Assembly: GCA_048500275.1 (NCBI GenBank)
Contig: JASNYI010000002.1
Location: forward strand, 144,784 to 208,783
Length of the DNA: 64,000 nucleotides
Direction of reading: 5' to 3'
Source of the DNA: Thermoanaerobaculia bacterium
Lineage (GTDB): Bacteria; Acidobacteriota; Thermoanaerobaculia; UBA5066
The position numbers and the translations under genes were made by a program. The notes beneath the pieces are model-generated. The model was not told the origin of the DNA. It saw only the letters and a program-made list of their open reading frames with translations, and ran no database searches. Shown in pieces: positions 58,856 to 64,000 of the stretch (positions are counted from its first letter, which is position 1; the number at the start of each line of letters is the position of its first letter).

Positions 58856-61522
58856 ATGCGCAAGGCCCCCGTGCTTCTCGCCCTCGTCCACGCTTTCGTC
58901 CTCGCTCTCGTCCTCGCGACGCCGGTCGCGCTCGGCGGGACGACCGGCGCCCTCTCGGGCACCGTCGCGGACGCCGAGGGTGTCGCCCTCCCGGGGGTGA
59001 GGGTGACGATCGAATCCCCGGCGCTGATCGGCGGGTGGCGGACGCTGACGACCGGGGCGGACGGCCGGTTCAGCTTTCCGGCGATCGCCCCGGGTGTCTA
59101 CGCGGTGAGGATGGAGCTCCCGGGCTTCGCGACCCAGGAAAAGACCGACGTGCAGGTCCGGCTCGACCGGACCACGACGCTCGTCGTCACGATGCCGGAG
59201 GCGAAGCTCTCCGCCGACGTGACGGTGACCGCCGGGACGCCGCAGGTGGACGCGACGAGGGTCGGGGCCGCCGAGAACTTCACCGACGCCTACATGCAGA
59301 AGGTCTCGGTGGGCTCGGCGAACCGCTCCTACGAGTCGGTCGTCTCCCAGGCCGCCGGGGTCTCGGGAGCGAACGTCCTGGGCTCGACGTCGACCGAGAA
59401 CATCTACCTCGTCGACGGGCTCACGAGCAACGACGCGGCGACCGGAGACCTCGGGACGCGGCTGAACTTCGACGTCATCCAGGAGGTCTCCTTCCAGGCG
59501 ACGGGGTTCGAGGCGGAGTACGGGGGCGCCACCGGGGGGGTTGTGAACCTGATCACGAAGTCGGGCGGGAACTCCTTCTCCGGGAGCTTCGACGTGAGGT
59601 ACCGGGACGAGTCGTTCAACGAGAACGGGGACCACTTCGACCGGGACGCCCAGACCTCGAGCTACTTCGCCCCGGCCGCGACGCTCGGCGGGCCCCTCGT
59701 GCAGGACAGGCTCTGGTTCTTCGCGGGCTACGAGCGGATCGACTCGGAGTCGACGCCGTCGGGGGCCCCGACGACCGCGGCCCGCGTCTCGGACAACTGG
59801 ATGGCGAAGCTGACGTGGCAGCTCTCGCAGTCCTGGCAGCTCGTCGGCAAGGTGACGGGGAACCCGAACGAGATCGACGACGTCGACTCCTCGCCCCTGG
59901 TCCTTCCCGAGGCGACCTCGAGGTTCGAGACGTCGACGAACATCTACCAGGTCGAGAGCCTGGCGACGCTCTCGCCGAGCCTCCTCTGGAACCTGCAGCT
60001 CGGACGGAACCGGCAGACGCTGGACAACGACCCGCAGTCGGGAGACCTCGAGCGGATCTCCCACCTCGACCTGGCGACGCAGGTGCGCTCGAGGAACTAC
60101 TTCAACGCCCAGTACTCGACCCGGGACCGGGTCGAGGGGAAGACGTCCGTGACGTACCTCGTCGACGGCGCGTCCGGCGCCCACGAGCTGAAGGCGGGCG
60201 TCGGCTACGGCGAGACCGAGTTCGAGTTTCGGAGCTTCCTGCCGGGCGGCTACCTGTACGGCGACTTCTTCGGCGGCCCGTACCTCCTCTTCTACGCGCA
60301 GGACCCCGGGACGCAGACCTATCAGGGAGCCGCTTACTCGGCCTACGTCCAGGACGCCTGGACGCTCGGCCGCGGGCTGACCGTGAAGGCGGGCCTTCGC
60401 TGGGACCGGGCGACGTACGACAGCTACACGGGCGAGCGCGTCGCCGACCTCGACCTCCTCCAGCCCCGCGTGGGCGCGGCGTGGGACGCGACCGGCGACG
60501 GAAAGACGGTCGCGCGCGGCTCCTGGGGCCGGTTCATGAACCAGGCGGGCCTCACCCTCCCGTTCCAGAACCTCAAGGGGGTCAGCAGCCTCGGGCGCTA
60601 CGCGTCGTGCCGGGCCTTCATCGGCGACCTCGACACCTGCCGTGCCGTCGCGGCGGCCATCGGCAGCGTCGTGATCGACGACCCCTCGGGGGACTTCGCG
60701 GGTGAGGGCTGGCTTCTCCTTCAGCCCTACGTGCCCGCGAACGACCGGCTCGAGCCCGGGACGCGCGCGACTTACGCGGACTCTTTCCTCGTGGGCGTGG
60801 ACCGCGAGCTCTTCGCCGGGACGACGGTCGGCGTGCAGTACGTCTACAAGGAGACGAAGGACATCATCGACAACACCTGCAACGGGAACTGGCCCGGCCC
60901 GCCTTCGGCAGGGGCGCCGTGCGGCTACCTCGTCGTCGGGAACCTCGAGGGGCTGAGGCGGCTCTGGCGGGGCGCGATCTTCCACGTCGACTCCCGGCCC
61001 GCCCCGGGGGTCCAGCTGAACCTCTCCTACACGTACGGGATCTCGGAAGGGAACGTCGAGGCGACGCAGTACAACGGCCCCGACTTCGACTACTACCCGT
61101 ACCACTTCGTGAATCGCTACGGCTACCTCTCGGACGACCGGCGCCACCGGGTGAAGCTGAACGGGTTCGCGGACCTCCCCTGGGGCTTCACGGCGGGGCT
61201 CTCCGCGACGTGGGAGTCGGCGTTCCGGTGGACTCCCCTCGACGTCACCGACCCGACGCTCCCGTATGACGCGGTCTTCGTCGAACCCCGCGGAAATCGC
61301 GAAGCGGGCAGCTACACCCAGGTCGACCTCCAGCTCGCCAAGGCGTTCCAGCTCGGCCCCGTGCGCCTCTCGGCGATCGGCAGCGTCCTGAACCTGTTCG
61401 GGACCGAGCGGGTCACCGGGGTCTGCGCCTACACCACGGGTTGCGGCGCCGTGCAGCAGGGAGAGGCCCTCTCCTGGCAGCAGCCGCGCCGGTACGAGAT
61501 CGGGTTCCGCGCCGAGTTCTGA
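58856..61522 (+). CDS. TonB-dependent receptor (Oar-like, N-terminal carboxypeptidase-regulatory-like domain)
   Basis: AGGAGG RBS, signal peptide, GTVADAEGVALPGVRVT, AEYGGATGGVVNLITKSG, terminal Phe (GFRAEF). Confidence 0.93.
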   Translation: MRKAPVLLALVHAFVLALVLATPVALGGTTGALSGTVADAEGVALPGVRVTIESPALIGGWRTLTTGADGRFSFPAIAPGVYAVRMELPGFATQEKTDVQVRLDRTTTLVVTMPEAKLSADVTVTAGTPQVDATRVGAAENFTDAYMQKVSVGSANRSYESVVSQAAGVSGANVLGSTSTENIYLVDGLTSNDAATGDLGTRLNFDVIQEVSFQATGFEAEYGGATGGVVNLITKSGGNSFSGSFDVRYRDESFNENGDHFDRDAQTSSYFAPAATLGGPLVQDRLWFFAGYERIDSESTPSGAPTTAARVSDNWMAKLTWQLSQSWQLVGKVTGNPNEIDDVDSSPLVLPEATSRFETSTNIYQVESLATLSPSLLWNLQLGRNRQTLDNDPQSGDLERISHLDLATQVRSRNYFNAQYSTRDRVEGKTSVTYLVDGASGAHELKAGVGYGETEFEFRSFLPGGYLYGDFFGGPYLLFYAQDPGTQTYQGAAYSAYVQDAWTLGRGLTVKAGLRWDRATYDSYTGERVADLDLLQPRVGAAWDATGDGKTVARGSWGRFMNQAGLTLPFQNLKGVSSLGRYASCRAFIGDLDTCRAVAAAIGSVVIDDPSGDFAGEGWLLLQPYVPANDRLEPGTRATYADSFLVGVDRELFAGTTVGVQYVYKETKDIIDNTCNGNWPGPPSAGAPCGYLVVGNLEGLRRLWRGAIFHVDSRPAPGVQLNLSYTYGISEGNVEATQYNGPDFDYYPYHFVNRYGYLSDDRRHRVKLNGFADLPWGFTAGLSATWESAFRWTPLDVTDPTLPYDAVFVEPRGNREAGSYTQVDLQLAKAFQLGPVRLSAIGSVLNLFGTERVTGVCAYTTGCGAVQQGEALSWQQPRRYEIGFRAEF

Positions 61523-61596
61523 CGGGGACCGTCTCGCGGACGGGGCCGGGACGCGGGCACGCCCCGCTTCCCGGTCCCGTTCGTCTTCGGGAGCGC

Positions 61597-62556
61597 CTAC
61601 GCCCAGAGGTCGGTCGAGAGGTACTTGAGGCCGGAGTCGCAGAGGAGGACGGCGACCGTCGCCCCCGGGCAGGTCGTCGCGAGGAGCCGGAGCGCCGCGG
61701 CGACGTTGGCCCCGGACGAGAAGCCGGCGAAGATCCCCTCCTCGCGCGCGAGGCGGCGGGCCGTCGCGACGGCCTCCCGGTCGGAGACGGCGAGGCAGCC
61801 GTCGACGAGGTCCCGGGAGAGGAGCGGAAGCTCCGCCCTCGAGTAGCCCCCTCCCTGGATCCGGTGGCCGGGGTTCGTGACGGGCTTTCCCGCGAGGACG
61901 GCCGCCCCCTCGGGCTCGACGACGAAGCAGAGCGTCGAGGGGTTCGCCGCCTTGAACGCCATCGCGCAGCCGGTGAACGAACCGCCGGTCCCCACGAAGT
62001 CGCAGAAGGCGTCGACGCGGGTGCCGGCCTGGCGGAGGATCTCGGGCCCGGTGTGGAGGAGGTGGGCGCGGACGTTCGCCCGGAGGAGGAACTGGTCGGC
62101 CCTGAAGGCGCCCCGCTCTCGCGTGATGCGCTGCGCCTCGGCCTCCACGAGGTCGAGGTCGCCGCCGGAGACCTGGCCGGGCACGGAGTCGGGAAGCTGG
62201 TCGACGAGGACGACCTCCGCGCCGAGGGCCGACATCATCCGGGCGCGCTCCACGGAGTTTCCCTTCGACATGACGGCGACGAACGGGTACCCCTTCACGC
62301 CGCAGACGATGGCGAGCCCGGTGCCGGTGTTGCCGCTCGTCAGCTCGACGACGGCCTGGCCCGGCCGGAGCGACCCGTCGGCCTCGGCGTCCTCGATCAT
62401 CTGGAGGGCGATCCGGTCCTTCTTCGAGAAGCCGGGGTTCAGGTACTCGAGCTTGGCGAGGATGCGGCCTTCGGCCCCGCGCGTGATCCGCGACAGCTCG
62501 ACGAGCTTCGTCTCGCCGATCGCCTCGACGACGGAGCCGAGGAGGCGGCCGGTCAC
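61597..62556 (-). CDS. PLP-dependent cysteine synthase family enzyme
   Basis: IGETKLV, KLEYLNPGFSKKDRIA, TSGNTG, GTGGSFTG, GFSSGA, CDSGLKYLST. GTGA overlap with the upstream gene. Confidence 0.9.
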   Translation of the reverse strand: MTGRLLGSVVEAIGETKLVELSRITRGAEGRILAKLEYLNPGFSKKDRIALQMIEDAEADGSLRPGQAVVELTSGNTGTGLAIVCGVKGYPFVAVMSKGNSVERARMMSALGAEVVLVDQLPDSVPGQVSGGDLDLVEAEAQRITRERGAFRADQFLLRANVRAHLLHTGPEILRQAGTRVDAFCDFVGTGGSFTGCAMAFKAANPSTLCFVVEPEGAAVLAGKPVTNPGHRIQGGGYSRAELPLLSRDLVDGCLAVSDREAVATARRLAREEGIFAGFSSGANVAAALRLLATTCPGATVAVLLCDSGLKYLSTDLWA

Positions 62557-63512
62557 GAGGCGTCTCCCCGGGGCGTCGCCGCGGGGCGCCCGAGCGCGGG
62601 GCCGGCCGCGACGAGGACGACGAGCGCGGCCGCCAGGACGACGAGCGTCCTCGAGTCGGTCCCGAGGCGCTCGTTGAGCGGGCCGGCGAGCGCCTTGCTC
62701 CAGACGTTCGTGACGCCGTGGACGAGGATCGCGGTGAGGGCGCTTCCTCCCGTGCGCTGGAAGAAGTACGTCATGACGATCGAGAGCGCGAGGCAGAGGA
62801 GGAGGAAGAGCGCCTGGTTGAGGAGGAAGCGGCCGACGGGAAGTCCGGCGAGGAGGCCGACGACCTCGCGGGGCAGGTGCCACGCCCACCATAGAACGGC
62901 GAGGAACGCCGTGGCGGCGAGCGGGGCGCGGCCGCGCGCGAGGAGGAGGGGGAGGGCGAAGCCGCGCCAGCCCAGTTCCTCGAGGAGTCCGCCCTCGTCG
63001 AGGAAGGGCCCGAGGGCGAGAGCGGCCAGGACGGCGAGAGGGGCGCCGCCGAGGGAATCGAGCGCGAAGGCTCGCTGCTCGCTCGTCCCGAGCGCGAAGA
63101 GGCTCCAGAGGTAGCCGGCCGTCCCGAGCGCCGAGAGGCCGAGGAGGAGGGCCCACGCCCGGGCGGCGTCCCTTCGGGGGACGTCGGGCCCGAACGGGGA
63201 AAGCCGGGCGAGGAGCGCCTTCAGCCCCGGCAGGCCCTCCGCGCCGAGCACCACGGCGACGGCCGCGAGGGTCGGCGCGGCCGCGAAGAGAAAGATGAGC
63301 CACGCGAGGGGCTCGCCGAGCGCGAACCGGCCGATGGAGACGACGTTCGGGTAGAGACGGTTCGCCTGGAGAAAGGCCCAGAGGTCCGACAGGAGACCCG
63401 AGGCCCGGAGGGCGAGGCTGGCCGCCATCACGCCGCAGACGACGAGGAGCGCGAGGCCGTAGAAAGCGCCGAGGGGGTGCCGGCGAACGAAGGAGCCGGG
63501 AGATTCGGGCAT
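62553..63512 (-). CDS. CPBP (CAAX/Abi) intramembrane metalloprotease
   Basis: EELGWRGFALP, WWAWHLP, ILVHGVTN. AAGGAGG RBS. Confidence 0.92.
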   Translation of the reverse strand: MPESPGSFVRRHPLGAFYGLALLVVCGVMAASLALRASGLLSDLWAFLQANRLYPNVVSIGRFALGEPLAWLIFLFAAAPTLAAVAVVLGAEGLPGLKALLARLSPFGPDVPRRDAARAWALLLGLSALGTAGYLWSLFALGTSEQRAFALDSLGGAPLAVLAALALGPFLDEGGLLEELGWRGFALPLLLARGRAPLAATAFLAVLWWAWHLPREVVGLLAGLPVGRFLLNQALFLLLCLALSIVMTYFFQRTGGSALTAILVHGVTNVWSKALAGPLNERLGTDSRTLVVLAAALVVLVAAGPALGRPAATPRGDAS

Positions 63513-63544
63513 GACGGAGACCCTCCTTCCGCGGGAGACCTCAT

Positions 63545-63570
63545 GCTACCATACGGTACCGTATGGTAGC
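63545..63570. promoter_or_regulatory. Candidate TetR operator 3: perfect 26-bp palindrome between divergent genes
   Basis: GCTACCATACGGTACCGTATGGTAGC; shares 18 consecutive bp with 58780-58797. Confidence 0.8.
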
Positions 63571-63607
63571 GACGCCCCCCGGGGGCGCGCTCCGAAGGGA
63601 GGCCCGG

Positions 63608-64000
63608 ATGCGCCCGAGACCCTCGCCCGAAACGCCCGCGCCGCGCGCCGCCACGCTCTTCTCCCGGGCGGCCGTCCCCGCTCTGCTCGCGTGGCTCGCG
63701 CTCGCAGCCGCGGCCTGCGCCCGGCCGTCGGGGCCCATGACCGACGAGAGGTTCGCGAAACTGACGGTCGCCTTCCAGAAGGAGCTCGACGCGCTCCGGG
63801 AGAAGGCGGCCTTCCCGGGCGCCGTCGCGGCGATCGAGTGGTCGGACGGGCGCACCGCCGTCGTCGCGACGGGGCTCGCCGACCGCGAGGCCGGGACGCC
63901 GATGCCGAAGGGCGCGCGGCTCCTCGCCGGCAGCGTCGGGAAGAGCTTCGTCGGCGCCGTCGCCCTCGGCCTCGCGCGGGACGGGAGGCTGGAGCTCGAC
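63608..64000 (+). CDS. Serine hydrolase (beta-lactamase family) lipoprotein, partial
   Basis: Not in the ORF track (runs off the edge). GGGAGG RBS, ATG 63608, lipobox LAAAAC, FPGAVAAI, SxxK motif GSVGKSF. Confidence 0.85.
   Translation, partial: MRPRPSPETPAPRAATLFSRAAVPALLAWLALAAAACARPSGPMTDERFAKLTVAFQKELDALREKAAFPGAVAAIEWSDGRTAVVATGLADREAGTPMPKGARLLAGSVGKSFVGAVALGLARDGRLELD

Overview
Very GC-rich (visually >70%) bacterial chromosomal window, densely coding, with about 46 supportable CDSs and no rRNA, tRNA or CRISPR array. Most long ORFs in the supplied track are shadow frames of real genes. The gene content (Oar-type TonB receptor, propeller/Y_Y_Y sensors, sigma-54 systems) would fit an Acidobacteriota/Thermoanaerobaculia-like organism; this is inference only. 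Housekeeping genes include ppdK, pdxA-like, mgtE, actP, proBA, sthA, hflKC, peptidases and transporters. The main signals worth follow-up: (1) a 1232-aa PHP-TM-sCache_2-TM-PAS-PAS-CBS-DUF294 nucleotidyltransferase fusion directly upstream of DUF485-actP, a candidate one-protein sensor/writer/eraser for acetate uptake; (2) an HUH (Y1) transposase-like gene translationally coupled to a macrodomain and an oxidoreductase, bracketed by three copies of a 24-bp end motif that also supply a stop and a start codon to flanking genes; (3) a Cya2-type REC-guanylyl cyclase candidate; (4) a local sigma-54 phosphorelay with a ChpT-like pseudokinase, -24/-12 promoters and shared enhancer-like sites; (5) a TetR regulon readable from three ATACGGTACCGTAT-type operators; (6) a zinc-ribbon / GspG-like / Ser-Thr kinase cluster; (7) a histone-H1-like tail on PPDK followed by a candidate ~240-300 nt structured ncRNA. 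Domain names come from motif recognition by eye; no database searches were run.
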